64,000 nucleotides of DNA from assembly GCF_009914755.1 (NCBI RefSeq), contig NC_060935.1; one strand, 5' to 3'. Position numbers and translations under genes: made by a program. The notes below the pieces were generated by a model. It was given only the letters and a program-made list of their open reading frames with translations, did no database searches and was not told the DNA's origin. The stretch comes from the human T2T-CHM13v2.0 reference genome, Homo sapiens. Positions 38,985 through 61,420 of this stretch are shown here, piece by piece (the stretch's first letter is position 1; each line of letters begins with the position of its first letter).

Positions 38985-39689
38985 TGGCAATTATTAAAAA
39001 GTCAAGAAACAACAGATGCTGGCAAGGCTGTGGAGAAATAGGAACACTTTTACACTGTTGGTGGGAATGTAAATTAGTTCAACCATTGTGGAAGACAGTG
39101 TGGTGATTCCTCAAAGACCTAGAACCAGAAATACCATTTGACCCAGCAATTGCATTACTGGGTATATGCTCAAAGGAATATAAATAATTATATTATAAAG
39201 ATACATGCATCCATATGTCCATTGCAGCACTTTTCACAATAGCAAAGACATGGAATCCACCCAAATGCCCATCAATGATAAACTGGATAAAGAAAATGTG
39301 GTACATATACACCGTGGAATGCTATGCAGCCATAAAAAATGATGAGTTCATGTCCTTTGTAGGGACATGGATGAAGCTGGAAACCATCATTCTCAGCAAA
39401 CTAACACAGGGACAGAAAACCAAATACTGCATGTTCTCACTCATAAATGGGAGCTGAACAGTGAGAACACATGGACACAGGGAGGGAAACAATGCACACT
39501 GGGGCCTGTTGAGTGGAACAGGGGAAGGAGGAACATCAGGATAAATAGCTAATGCATGTGAGGCTTAATACCTAGGTGATGGGTTGATAGGTGCAGCAAA
39601 ACACCATGGCACATATTTAAATATGTGACAAACCTGCATGCCCTGCACATGTATCCCAGAACTCAAAATTAAATTACATTTTTTTAAAA
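38985..39689 (+). mobile_element. 5'-truncated L1PA11-13-like element
   Basis: ORF2 tail plus 3'UTR; degenerate 17-bp TSD at 38968-38984 and 39690-39706. Confidence 0.88.
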
Positions 39690-39884
39690 AAACACCTTCT
39701 CAGATCCACCTTGTCTGAAAGTAGAGCATTAAGACCTTCATTGCAGAAGACCTGCTGCCCTATACCTGAAAGGAAGGAATGCCACACATGGATCAAGAGG
39801 CATCTAAATAGGTAGGCCTTGCTGGGTTTCTCCACTCAAGTCTATTACCATTAGATCATTCCCTTTTTTTATCCTATCACATTT

Positions 39885-39921
39885 CTGAATGCAGTGCCTT
39901 AGACTGCTCGGTCATCCTGAC
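39885..39921 (-). pseudogene. tRNA-Leu(CAG) 5' half, tailless retrocopy
   Basis: Reverse complement GTCAGGATGACCGAGCAGTCTAAGGCACTGCATTCAG matches nt 1-37 of tRNA-Leu-CAG as I recall it (33/37). Confidence 0.88.
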
Positions 39922-40499
39922 ACATGATACAGCTGTCACTCCATTTAATCTAAGCATAAAAATGGACAGCTGTCCCTTGAGTCTCTGGATCTATTTCTGA
40001 AGTTTCTTGGGCTGCATAAAACTTTGATTAAATGAATTGTTATGCTTTTCTCCCATTAATCTTCCTTTGTCTGTTTTATTTCAAACCTAGCCAGGAATGC
40101 TAGAAGAATTGAGGAAATATTTCCTCCCCTATGACAGAAAGTATAATAATAGTTTCCAGGTACTAAGGAGAGGAAGAATTAGAGTTACTGCTAATGGGTA
40201 TGAGCTTTCTTTTTGGGATTATGGAAATATTCTGGAGCTAGTTACTGATGATAGCTGCATAACTCTGTGAACATATTTAAAAACCACCAAATTGTACACT
40301 TTAAAAGAGTAACTATCTTATGTTACTCTTTTTCATGATTTTTCAAAAAATCATCATTAGAAATGAGTTTAACCGATAAATATATACACTTACTGTGTAC
40401 CCACAAAAATGTTAAATTAAAAAAAGTTTTTAAAGAGTTTGACGTGTCTGTAGTACAGGGGTTACAAGAGCTAAGGCAAGAAATATAGATTGAAGCTGA

Positions 40500-41780
40500 T
40501 GAAGGAAAATGGAAATGGTTTAGTCAAGGCACCTAAAATAGAGCCAGGAGGCCATTTCAGCTGGGGCTTCAGGCACACCTTAAGCAATGAATACTCAACC
40601 CTAGAGGTCACAACTTCCTAGTTTGCGAGTGCAAAAACATCTGCTGTCTTATCTTCTGCTATTTCCTGCTGAGCTGAGAAGTCCCTGACCATGGGCCCAC
40701 CTTTCAAAGTGCTACAACCAATTCCCTGACTCCAATACTGCTTTAGATACAATCATACTGATAAAGGGGCAAAGCGGCAGGGGGGTGGTGCAGGAAGGGA
40801 AATGCTGGGTAGAGAAGGCCAGGGTCCCTGGTGAGGGATCCACCCTTGGGCCTTTGCCCACGGACATAAGTGAGGACAGCCACTCTTGTTTCCGTACCCA
40901 AATGTTGCATTTTCCAAGACCACTCTGGCCCACCACATCCCCCCATCCTGTGCCCATAAAAACCCCAAGACCCTAGCAGGCACAGACACACGAGCAGCTG
41001 GACATCGAGAGGAACAGAGGATCAGAAGAGCACACTGACAGACACCAGCAGATGCTGACAGGCCATCAATGGTGGGACCATGTGGAATTTGGTCAGTAGT
41101 GATCAGAGGAGATGCCTGCCGCTGGGCAGCCCAAACTCCAGGGAAACACCACCATCCCATTCCATCCCCCTCTGGCCTCCCCATTCACCTCACTGAGAGC
41201 TACTTCCAATCAATAAAACTTTGCAGCCATCCTCCAAGCCCACATGTGATTCAATTTTTCTGGTACACCAGGGCAATAATTCAGGATACAGAAAGCCCTC
41301 TGTCCTTGTGATAAAGCAGAGGCTCTAATTGGGCGGATTAACACAAGCTGCCTACAGACAGCAAAACAGCAAAGCTAAAAGAGCACACTGTGACACACAC
41401 CCACTGGGACTTCGGGAGCTATAAACACTCAACCTTAGACGCTGCTGTGGGGTCAGAGCCCAAAAACTGCCCATGACCTGCCCATCTGTATGCTCCCCCT
41501 AGGGGTTTGAGCAGCCAGGCACCAAAGAAGCAAGCCACATCCCTGTTGCACGCCCTGCGAGGAGGATAAGAAAACTCCTCCCATTTCAATACAAATTATA
41601 ATAGTTGGAAAACAACTTTTGTTACCACCCTCTTTTCTTTAAAAGTTCACAATTCTCTTTTGTTCCCTGGAAGACTTCCCAGGATAACTTGGAAGTGTTT
41701 CCTGGGCTGCAGTCATGCAAATCTGACTCAAATAAATTCTTTAGTATTTAAGCTCTGCCTCAGTTTCTTTCCAGGTCCAT
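40500..41780 (+). mobile_element. Old ERVL-type LTR (MER73/74/54-like) split by LTR1
   Basis: TG start, TAAAATAGAGCCAGGAGGCCATT, AATAAA near 41732. Confidence 0.55.
40759..41588 (+). mobile_element. LTR1-family solo LTR
   Basis: TGATA...TTTCA; TSD ATAC at 40755-40758 and 41589-41592. Confidence 0.85.
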
Positions 41781-43665
41781 AAGGCGGTCTTACAAAAAGC
41801 ATAATTGCTCTAATGTGCCATCCTAAGGACTTTTAACTTTACCCTGTGAATGATGGAAAACAAAGTAATGATATAATCACATCAGATTCAAAAAATAATT
41901 ATTGAGACCACTGCTAATCTGAGTATAAATTATTTAATACTTATGTATTTATAGTTTTAAATTACAATGGATCACTTCTATTTATATACTAGGTCATTTC
42001 TTTCATTTTTAATGACTTCATATAACATACAGCTGGAAAAAAAATTAGAAATAAGCAAGTCCAATTTACTAACTTTACAGGTGAGGAAACTAGGCCTAAA
42101 AAAGTTAACTTGCCCAATGTCATACAGATAATGAGTATTATTATTTATGAATGTTTTATCTTTAATAAATATATATTATTATAATATATACTAATGGGCC
42201 CTATATGAAAGTTGGGTCAATAAATGACTTAGAAAACATCTCCAAACCCTTTGAGATGGCTTACAAAACTACTACTGATTTGACTTTTGCTGATTGTTTA
42301 TGGAACAATTCATAGAGTGAGTGCAAAAAAACACAGATTTGAAGTCATAGAAAATTACTTCTAAGGATTAAAATTTTGATCCACCACCTTCTAATTAAAA
42401 GAAAAAAACACTTCAGCCAAATTCTGCATCATGAATTCAGTGCCTTTTTACTCCTCTGCCTCCCTTTCTCTTGTAATTATTCCCTATCTCCTAATACTAG
42501 GCTTCCTGTTGAATTGCTAACAAAATCCAGGAAATGCCCAAGGAATTTAATTCAAATGCAAATGGAATTATTTGTGTTATTCCTGTCTCTGCTTTTAAAA
42601 AATAATAATATGAAACAGTGTGCTATTGCTGAAAGCCTCACAGACTTCTCAGCTTGACACCTGAAGTAATTTAGAAGAGTAAGGGGGAAAAAAATCTGTA
42701 ACTGGTTTACAGCTAATTTATTTACAACAACTCCAGAATTGAGAAAACCCACCCACATTCGTGTGCCCACAGAGAAAGAGAAATGAATTCTTTACAAAGC
42801 AGTAGCACTTTTTGTCCTGCTGGTCCTTTTTTCTCATTTATTTTTCTTTTCTTTCCTCCTCATTTCAGGTAACTTCAATGAGATTTTAGTTACAATTCTT
42901 GTGAATTCAACCTAAGTAGAAATTACACCAAAAGAAATGGGGCACCACCTTCATTGTTAAGCAATCTCTTGGAAATATATTATGTTGGAGAACTCCCCCA
43001 CGGACCAACAAAAAATGTGTGTACAAACTGAGTGGCAAACAAATGATATTATACCTATGCATTTGATTAATCTGGGAATTATGGAAGATATTCAAAGGAT
43101 CTGGGAATCCTTTGAAGATAAAATAGGACAAAATACATTTTGTTTATGAAGTAAATTTAGGAGTAAGGCTTCATCTTTTAAAGTATTAATAGATACCATA
43201 TCTTCAATATCAGCATTTTTTTCCTTTTAAAGTTTGCATAATATATGACAACATGAACAATACAAAGAATCCTGACTTGTTGGCTCTGGGTTTTAAAGGA
43301 GATTTTAATATTCTCAAAGGTCTCTTTTAGATCTTAAATTCTATTATTCTATGATTCTTCATTCTCTGTTCCTATGTCATAGCATAATCATTTGACATGA
43401 CATTTCATAGGCAAAAATGTCAAAGTAAATACTTGCAACACTGAATTAATGTTTCAAAAAGTAAAAGTCAGTCCTAGCCCAAGGGCATTTATTTAAAAAC
43501 AAATGAAAACAGTCAATTATATCAATAAGATAAATATAAGTTGTATGTAGTCATATGTGTTTATGTGTGTGTGGATTTAAATGATTTTGGAAGGATATAC
43601 ATCAAAATGTTACTATTTCTAGGTAATACTGTTGCTAGGTGTAGCTATACAAAATTGATTCTCTT

Positions 43666-50112
<6,447 letters not shown>

Positions 50113-50213
50113 ATTCTCTTCTTTATACTTTTCGATAATGTCTAAATATTTCCCAATACAATTGTAAATTGTACAAGTATGAAAAAAAGCATTTCCATTC
50201 AAAAATATAAAAA

Positions 50214-50796
50214 CGTCAGAGGCATTTGAGCCAGAGCAACTCCATCTTGTATAGGGGCTAGGTAAAATAAGACTGAGACCTACTGGGCTGCATTCCCAGG
50301 AGGTTAGGCATTCTACCAGGATGAGATAGGTCAGCACAAGATACAGGTTACAAAGACCTTGCTGATAAAACAAGTTGCAAGAAAGAAGCTGATCAAAACC
50401 CACCAAAATCAAGATGGTGATGAAAGTGACCTTTGGTCATCCTCACTGCTCATTATACACTAATTATAATGCATTAGCATGCTAGAAGACACTCCTGCCA
50501 GAGCGATGACCAGTTTACAAATGCCATGGCAACATCAGAAAGTTACCCTATACAGTCTAAAAAAGGGAGGAACCCTCAGTTCTGGGAATTGCCCACCCCT
50601 TTCCTAGAAAACTCATGAATAATCCATCCCTTGTCTACCATAAAATCAAAAATTAACAATAAATATAAGCAGCTGAGCAGCCCATGCCACCACTCTGCCT
50701 ATGGAGTAGCCATTCTTTTATTCCCTTACTTTCTTAATAAACTTGCTTTCATATTACTCTATGGATTTGCCTCCAATTCTCTTGCACAAGATCTAA
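50214..50796 (+). mobile_element. MER41B LTR lacking its 3' terminus
   Basis: GTCAGAGGCATTTGAGCCAGAGCAACTCCATCTTG start; GAS-containing segment present. Confidence 0.88.
50580..50609. promoter_or_regulatory. Tandem STAT (GAS) motifs TTCTGGGAA and TTCCTAGAA
   Basis: Two TTCnnnGAA motifs at 50580-50588 and 50601-50609. Confidence 0.7.
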
Positions 50797-51329
50797 TCAA
50801 TTCGTTCATGTAACCTCACTTCTCCTGGATGCCAGACAAGAGCTCAGGAGCCACAAGTATGATACAAAAGGACGTCATACTGGCCCTTTGCCCTCACTGG
50901 CAGAGGACAGCCACCTAGCATGAAAAGGTGGAGGGCCCACTGAGCTGTTAACACCTAAGCCATAGTGGATGGCAGAGCTAAAAGAGCACTGTATCACATC
51001 ACCTGGGGCTTTGGGAGCTGCAGGCACCCCAACTGGACGCTGCCACGGGGCCTGCATGGAGTTTGTGCTGCCAGCGCGCAAAGGTGCTTACTCTGGTTCC
51101 TGCACCCACTCACCTGCGTGCTCCCTCCTGCAAGGGGTGGAATGCAGCAGGTCCAAGTGAGTGGGGTTTGATCCCCCTGGTGCCACTGGTGCCGCTGGTG
51201 CTGAAGTGCCTGGTGGATTCAAGCACTCATGCACGCCAGTTCCCAGGAGGAGTTGAGAGCGGCAGGCTGAGTAAAGGAGGCACCCACTGTTGCAAGTCCC
51301 ATGAAGGGGTCAGGGAAATATCTTGCTTC
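50797..51329 (+). mobile_element. LTR28/LTR27/MER52-like LTR, 3' part only
   Basis: CCACTGAGCTGTTAACAC...AAGGGGTCAGGGAAATATCTTGCTTCA. Confidence 0.75.
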
Positions 51330-52409
51330 AAAGGCAGAAACATCTGCATGGAACTTTTCCTAACAAAAGTGGCAACTGGCTAGTTTGGGTACGGCATATT
51401 CTACCCCTGCTATTCTGCACTATATGAGACTTTCTCTGGCTAACTCTCCAGTTCAAGAACAGTTCCTCTTTACTGTAATTACTAAGAATACTTTTTCTAG
51501 AGCCTGTCATATTTAAGGCCATGGCCTCTGGCATGATGAACATTAGTTGCTGAATGCCGTATTTCCAAAGGAAAGAAGGAACAAGTTAGCCACCTAGATC
51601 CTAAGAAAGACTTTTCAGAAACAATTGTGTCTAACAGTCAAGAAAGAAAATACAGAAATAGAAGTGGCACAATATTGCTCAAAATCTTCAGTAGCTTCTT
51701 GTTAATTTTAGGATAAAATCCTGACACCATTATCAAAATATGAGGTAAAGGAGGAAGTGAGGTAAACCAGATATATGTGTTTTGAAAACACTTTCCCAGA
51801 TGATTCCGATATATTAGTGCCCATTTCTATGAAGCATTTTTGAGATAGACAACATCATCTCTATATACTGAGTAGATAGTATACATACTTCAAAGGTCAA
51901 TTTGTATTAGGTGTAGAAATATGAGAAGCAGAATGGTTAAGCCATTATGTTCCCCCAAAAGATGACCAAATATGAATATATAATCAGCAATAAACATCGA
52001 GAAAAAAAACTGAGTTCAAAGTAGGTGCCATCACTTTCTAAATATAATTTTTTTCTAGTCATGATTAGCCCAGTTTTTCTCAGACTTCAGTTTTTAATGT
52101 AAAAATAATTATAATTGTACCAATGTTGCTTTAAATACTCATATTTTAATGCCATATAAATACATACTAACAAAATTAGATCTAAACTATTATGCATATA
52201 ACTCCTTTATAACTATTAAATTAATATAAATTCACAAATTAAATATATTTAAAAATTACAAAAACATTGACATTCAAATTAATAACATTAATTTCATAAG
52301 AAAGATGATGTTTAGCTGAAATGGTATTGATGTTGCATGCAAATAATATCAAGTTCACATATAAATTTAATTATTTTCTGAATTTTTGTTTCAATAATAA
52401 GAGTATTCC

Positions 52410-55400
52410 TGTTCAAGCCTTCCAGAGTAACAATGTGCCACAATGAGTAGCTGATGTTATCCCACTACTAATATATACAGAATGCTGGATAAAATATAGT
52501 CCACAAATACTAAGTACATATCAAAACTAAAAAGAAAAAAGTAGAAATCCTCAGGCATAAGAAAAATGGAGGTAACTCAAGTCATAACAATAAGCAGAGA
52601 AACTAAGAATTCAGTGGGAAAAGAGAGTATCAGGTCCAAATATATATACCCCTAAGGCCTTGAGATCACAATTTTAATGGTAAGCAGGAACTGAGGCAGG
52701 ATCTGAAAATAAAACTCCTTTCACTGGAACCTGAAAGGTTCCTATTCATGAAATGGGACTTAAAAGAAAAAAAAAAAAAAAAAAGGCTTCAGCATGCAGC
52801 CCAAGGCAGTAGCAAGAATGTTCATCTTTTCTGCTGAGTGCTGTGAGTAGAAAAGAAAAGCCTTCTGTGAGAAATCAAAACTCCAATCTCACAACGAGTG
52901 GTGCTACAAGAATCTCAAACCAAAATATTAACAAAAAAATGGCCTCATAACAGTGGAACTCCTGGAATACCCAAAAGAAATAAATGCAAAACTCATTTCT
53001 AGGTATATTTCTACAACACATATGGCTGTTACAGAAAAACAGACTTCTGCTGAAAATTAACTCACAAAGTTTACAAATCACCTGAGGACTTTTCACTTAC
53101 CAAAAGGGAGTATCAGTAGACACAACAAATGGTTAAAACAGCACCCTCCCAAAAAAAAAGTTTAGAAAAATAAAACAATCTGATATTTTTAAATAATTAT
53201 TCTTGATATTATTTAAAAAATAAAAGAAATACAGTTATACTGAAAGACCTTCCAATGAAAAATAGTGACTTAAATAAAATAAATAGAACTTCTAAAAAGG
53301 CATTAACATTTTTAAATCTCAATGTATAGATTAATTAGCAAATTAGATATTGCTGAAGAAAAAACTATTACATGGGAAGATGAGCTTAAGAAAATTACCC
53401 AAAATCCAATACAATAAAAAAATAGAAAATATAATGACAGAATGAATGTTATGGAGGATAGAATAAGAAACATTCATCTATCTATTTAAATAGGAGTTCC
53501 AAGAGAGAATAGGAAAGAGAAAATATTGAAGAGAAAATCGCTAAGAATTTGCCCAAAATGATAAAAAACATGATCAAATTCAGGAAACAAATCTCACGCA
53601 AAAAATTAAAAAGAAATCCACACTGGATACATCATTGAGAAACTTCAGATAATTAAAGACAAAAATAAAATACTAAAAGCAACCTCAGAGAAATGATACA
53701 TTGAATGCAACAGAAAAACAATTACATGGAGAATGCCCTAATTATAATTTCATTTATTCACAAATATTTATTGAATGCCAGGCACTGTTTTAGTTCCTGA
53801 GGATATAGCAGTGAACAAAACAGACAAAAATTCTTGCCTTCATGGAGATTACATACTGGTGATAGGAATAGAATAATATCTGCAAAAAACAAACATAAAA
53901 CAAATGTGAATTCTAAATTCACTTTTTTCTTTCATTCAATAAATACTTATTAGGTACTTTTTATATGCCAAACACTGTTTTAAGGTGTTGTGATGCATTA
54001 ATGAAAAAGGGGACAAAAATTCCTAACTTCATTAAGCTTACATCATATGTAAATATATAAATAATAGACATAAAAATAGTTTTTAAATTATCATATGTTG
54101 GACTATAACAAGTGCTTTTTTTTTTTGGAGGTACACAACACCATGCCCGGCTAATCTGTTTGTATTTTTGGTAGAAATGGGGTTTCCAGCTAAACTACAT
54201 TGAAGAATAAAATAAGTACATTTGCAGATGAAAAACTGATATTAATTGATTCTTACTGAAAGAGATTAAATGATGTGTGGAGGAAACTACATACAAAGGA
54301 GTGGAATATAAAATGAAATGTTAATAATCAACATTCCTTTCATGTACACATTATACATTTATAAAAATTATCCATATAACAGATCACACTCATCTCTCAA
54401 CAAATACTAAATACCAAGAATAAGTTTACAGAATATAAATCAACAAAATTGGAGAACAAAAGTAAAAAGAAAATCAATTTAAGAATTACATTAAATTTCC
54501 ACATAAAAATTATGTTACATTCAGCATCTTCTGCTTGCTAAAAAGTAAATTATATTACATAAAAATTATACTGCTAAATATTCATAGTTTAAGTTTCCAT
54601 TTTATATGGATATACAGAATATTTAGAAAGTAACAGCATGACATATAAAAATATGTGGGTCGCAGATAAAGTAGTACTTAACAGTTATAGCCAAAAACTT
54701 AAAAGTCATAGCCAAAAAGTATATATTTGAGAAGAAAAAATACTGAAAACTTCTATCCAAGATCTCAACTCAAGAAGTTTTTAAAAGGACAATAGAGTAA
54801 AATAAAAGAAAGTAGAAGAAAAAAGAAATAATGGGAATCAAATTTAATAAAATAGAAATCAAAGAATAGTATAAAGCAAATTAACAAAAAAAATTGAGTA
54901 TTTGAAAACAATAGTCGTCGTCAAACTTCTGATAGTATTGAACATAAAAAATATTAGAGAAAATAATATTAGAAATGAAAAATAAACAATTACAAGTAGA
55001 GATTTAAAAATCAGAAGATAATATTATGAACTAACTTAAGCCAAGAAATTTGAAAACAGACAGGCTGGGCAAGTTGCTGGAAAAAATATAATTGAAATTG
55101 CCTTAGCAAAGATTATGACAGTGAAAGAAGTCTAACATGGCTGACTCCATTTGATTCTAACATCACAAGCTGGCTGTCCTCACTCATTCCTAAATACAGG
55201 CCAAGCTAACTATGGGAAGAATTTAGTTCATAGCTTGGCTTTGAAGGAAGGAAGACAACAGTCCCTCCCTAAAACTAACCCTCTCCTTGCTTAAGGACCA
55301 AAACTGCCTTTGTAAAACTAATGAAAGCCCAAGAGATTAGGACTGGGGGGAGCTGAATTCTGCTAAGATGTAGACGCAGTTTGCCCTTCTATGATCGTTT

Positions 55401-56090
55401 ATTGCACCAGAGGTCACAAGATTTGCAACTTCCCCAATTGCTCCTATAGGTAACACCCTATTTTAGAACCTAAGGTTGGTCTTTGAGATTTTTTTTCGGA
55501 CTTTTGCATCCTGACAACTGACTGACTCTACCTGGACCTGTGAATCATGGCTCAACCAGTCCCATGGCCCCCACCCAGAGGCTGACAGTGCACAAGGATC
55601 ATTTTCCACACACATATGATTTAACTTTCAACCAGTCTGCTGCACCCATTCCCTAGCCCCCCTGCCCACCAAAGTATCCTTGAAAAACCTAACCTCTAAG
55701 CCTCTGGGGAGATGGAGTTGAGTAGTAACTCCTGTCCTCCCACTTGGCTGCCTCATGATAATTAAACTCTACTGCAATAACACTGTCTCAAGTGCATTGG
55801 GTTTGTCTGTGCAGTGGGCAAGAATAACCCATCAGGCAATTACATAATTTACTTAAACTGACTAAAAGGAAATATACTACTTAAATAGATCTATACCCAT
55901 TTAAGATATTGAATCAGAAGTCATAAAATTGACCTCCAGAAAAAACATCATGCACACATGGTTTCACAAAAACTTTTACTGCACCTTCAGACAACTGAGA
56001 TCTCCTATCTTATACAAAATGTTTCAGGGAGTAGAATTCTTTATAAAGCTCATGTAACCTCAATGCACTAATTTATAAAACTTTGACCTT
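52410..56090 (+). mobile_element. Highly degraded L1M (ORF1/ORF2) with L2 ends (53745-54070), an Alu fragment (54115-54188) and LTR8 inside
   Basis: A-rich L1-like motifs, e.g. AATAGGAGTTCCAAGAG and TCTCAACTCAAGAAG. Confidence 0.55.
55093..55844 (+). mobile_element. LTR8-family solo LTR
   Basis: TGAAATTGCCTTAGCAAA...CAATTACA; TSD TAAT at 55089-55092 and 55845-55848. Confidence 0.85.
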
Positions 56091-56095
56091 CACAT

Positions 56096-56768
56096 TGTTG
56101 AGGTGCAGAGAATGATACCCCAACATATAGTGCTTTGGCACACTGACCACTCCTAATTAAAAGAAATCAGAAGGCCTTAGAAGCTGCCTAATTTTCTAAG
56201 CATCTCTTGTTTTTTCCCACCCACCTCCAAGTACGAGGAGGGACTCTCTCTGGAATTTTATGACTAAGGAAACTTCTTTCCAAAAGATAACCAATTGTCT
56301 TCTTGAATAACCAGGAAAAAAATTAACCACTGGAGAAGAGACTAAAAGTCATCACCATACCCAGAGAGACTTTTCATCTGTTCCATGGAGTAACTCCAAG
56401 AGATTATCTAGGGAACTCTGTCTGCATAATAAGACAACCTTTGTTCACAGGCCCCTCATTTTTCTGCCACCTCCCTCAGAGATGAGAGGAACTTTGCTCC
56501 AGGCGAGTGCCCTTTGGGTTTATTTATTTCCCCTGAAAGTTATCAACTATTTCATCAAAATTGTCTATACCTCCCATTTCTCTCTGCCCTGGGAAGAAGG
56601 TATTTGAGCCTCAACCATCTGGCCCCTCTTTGAATTTTACATCTGTGGGGACTCTCATGTCCATGTATACATAAATCAATTTGTAAGCCTTTTTTTATTG
56701 ATCTATTGTCAGTCATTTCAATAAACCTTCACTGAGCATGGAAGGGAAGCTTTCCCTCCACCTCTACA
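56096..56768 (+). mobile_element. MER39/MER34-like solo LTR
   Basis: TGTTGAGG...CTCTACA; TSD ACAT at 56092-56095 and 56769-56772. Confidence 0.8.
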
Positions 56769-57603
56769 ACATAAAGATGAGGTTTACATTGAGATATTGT
56801 TGAAATTGGCATTATATGGTTATCTAATACAATGTTCTAGGAATCAAATACAAGAAGTCTACTCATTGCGTGTTTACTATTACAGTTATATAAAATCTTA
56901 TTATGTAATCTACTTCATTTGAAATTTGGATGGAGAGCCTAAGCACCTCACTGGTTTAGTACCCTCCCTCCTCTGTTAATGCTCACGCACTGACTCTAGG
57001 ACCCTGCAACTAACTTTGAAAGCCACTAGAATTAATTAGAATTACTTTTAAACAGGATTATATTGTAGTTTCTTCATAATTTATAACTTTCCTTGGACAT
57101 ACCCAAGCCTATCATAAAGGCATTATATCAAACAGACTTTTTCTTTACAAAGTCGATTATTATTTTGCATGTATTCTTCTAGTGTTTACAAATTAATTTA
57201 ATGTTATAAATATATCACAAAGCCTTTTGACTGTAAAGTGTTTCTTCAGATAAATAGAGGTTTGTCTTACTTTTTATATAACTAATTTACTTATTAAGAT
57301 CATTTTCCTAAAATCCAAAAGCTTAAGGGAATCTAAGCACAGATGTGGCAGCAGATGTAATGAATTGGACAAATCTTTTAAGCCCACCTATGTTCACCAG
57401 GTAATCAGAATGACAGTAACAGCAAAATGCCTCACAATCTCACAGTAGAGCCTACAGAATTTTTCTTTAAATGACCAACTTCAATCAAAGCCTCATACAA
57501 AGTTTATTCTCTCTTCTAGTTATCCAAATATAGAGATGAAAAAAATATATGTCATTAGATGATTAAATTTCTGTGATATTTGTCTCTTGAAAAGTAAGTT
57601 TGA

Positions 57604-60297
<2,694 letters not shown>

Positions 60298-60489
60298 AAA
60301 AGTAAGTTTGATATAATGGAAATTCAAAATTTGGGCAAATTATTTAAGACAGGTAAATACCATGTAAAAAAAAATTTAAGCACTGAAGTTGCTGTTCATG
60401 TAGAAAACTAACAACAAAAAAGCGAGGTATCTTAAATCTCAAAATCTAAAATACACACACACAGATAGATGGTGATTAGTTAGATGATT

Positions 60490-60529
<40 letters not shown>
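60490..60529 (+). repeat. (GATA)10 tetranucleotide STR
   Basis: Ten perfect units with degenerate flanks. Confidence 0.95.
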
Positions 60530-60531
<2 letters not shown>

Positions 60532-60684
60532 GATAAATATCCCTGGTGTAAAGTGTGTTAATCAGCCCCAAATCCTAATATCAAAAGTGGAATGAAGCAG
60601 AACACTCAAGAAAATAAAGGATAAAATTATTGATAGGATGTTATGAACTAGTAGTAACACAAGCTATGAGAAAACCATTTATTA

Positions 60685-61410
60685 TAAATAAATTAAAACC
60701 ACAATAAGATACCACTAATTCCCTAGAATAGCTAGAATTAGAAAGATAGACAATACCAAATGTTTGCAAGGATATGGAGAAACTACATCATACATTGCTA
60801 ATGGGAATATAAAATGACACTGTCATTATGAAAAATAATTTGGCAGTTCTTGAAAAAGTTAAACATAAACTTACCATACAACCTAGAAATTTCCCATCTA
60901 GGAATCTACCAAAGACAAAAGAATACACCTGTCTAAACCAGGACATTTATACAAATGTTTACAGCAACAGTTTATATATTTAAAAACTGGAAACAACCCA
61001 GATGTCCACCAACCAGGGAAAGGAACTTTTTTAAATGTGATATGTGTATATTATGGAATATTATTCAGCAATAAAAAGGAATGAACTACTGATATAGGCT
61101 ACAACATGGATGAACCTCAAAAACATTATGGTAAGTGAAAGAAACTAGACATGAAAGATAACATATTCTAAGATTCAACTTATATGAAATGTCCAGAAAG
61201 GGCAAATTTATACAAACAGAAAGTAAATCAGTTGTGGGCTGGGGCTGGAAGTGAGGATCTTTTTATGATGATGGGAATGCTCTAAAACCAGATTGTGGTG
61301 ATAGTTTCACAACTTTGTAAATTTACTAAAAATTGTTGAATGATACACTTATAATGGATAAATTATATAATATGTAAATTAGTCCTCTATAAATATGTCT
61401 TTTTAAAAGT
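60685..61410 (+). mobile_element. L1MB/MC-like 3' end
   Basis: ORF2 tail and L1M 3'UTR motifs. Confidence 0.75.
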
Positions 61411-61420
61411 GCTGTGAGCT

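Noticed and set aside
39885-39921. Functional tRNA gene or retroviral primer-binding site
   Set aside because: Only the 5' half is present (no B box or 3' acceptor strand); a PBS is complementary to the tRNA 3' end and lies outside the LTR
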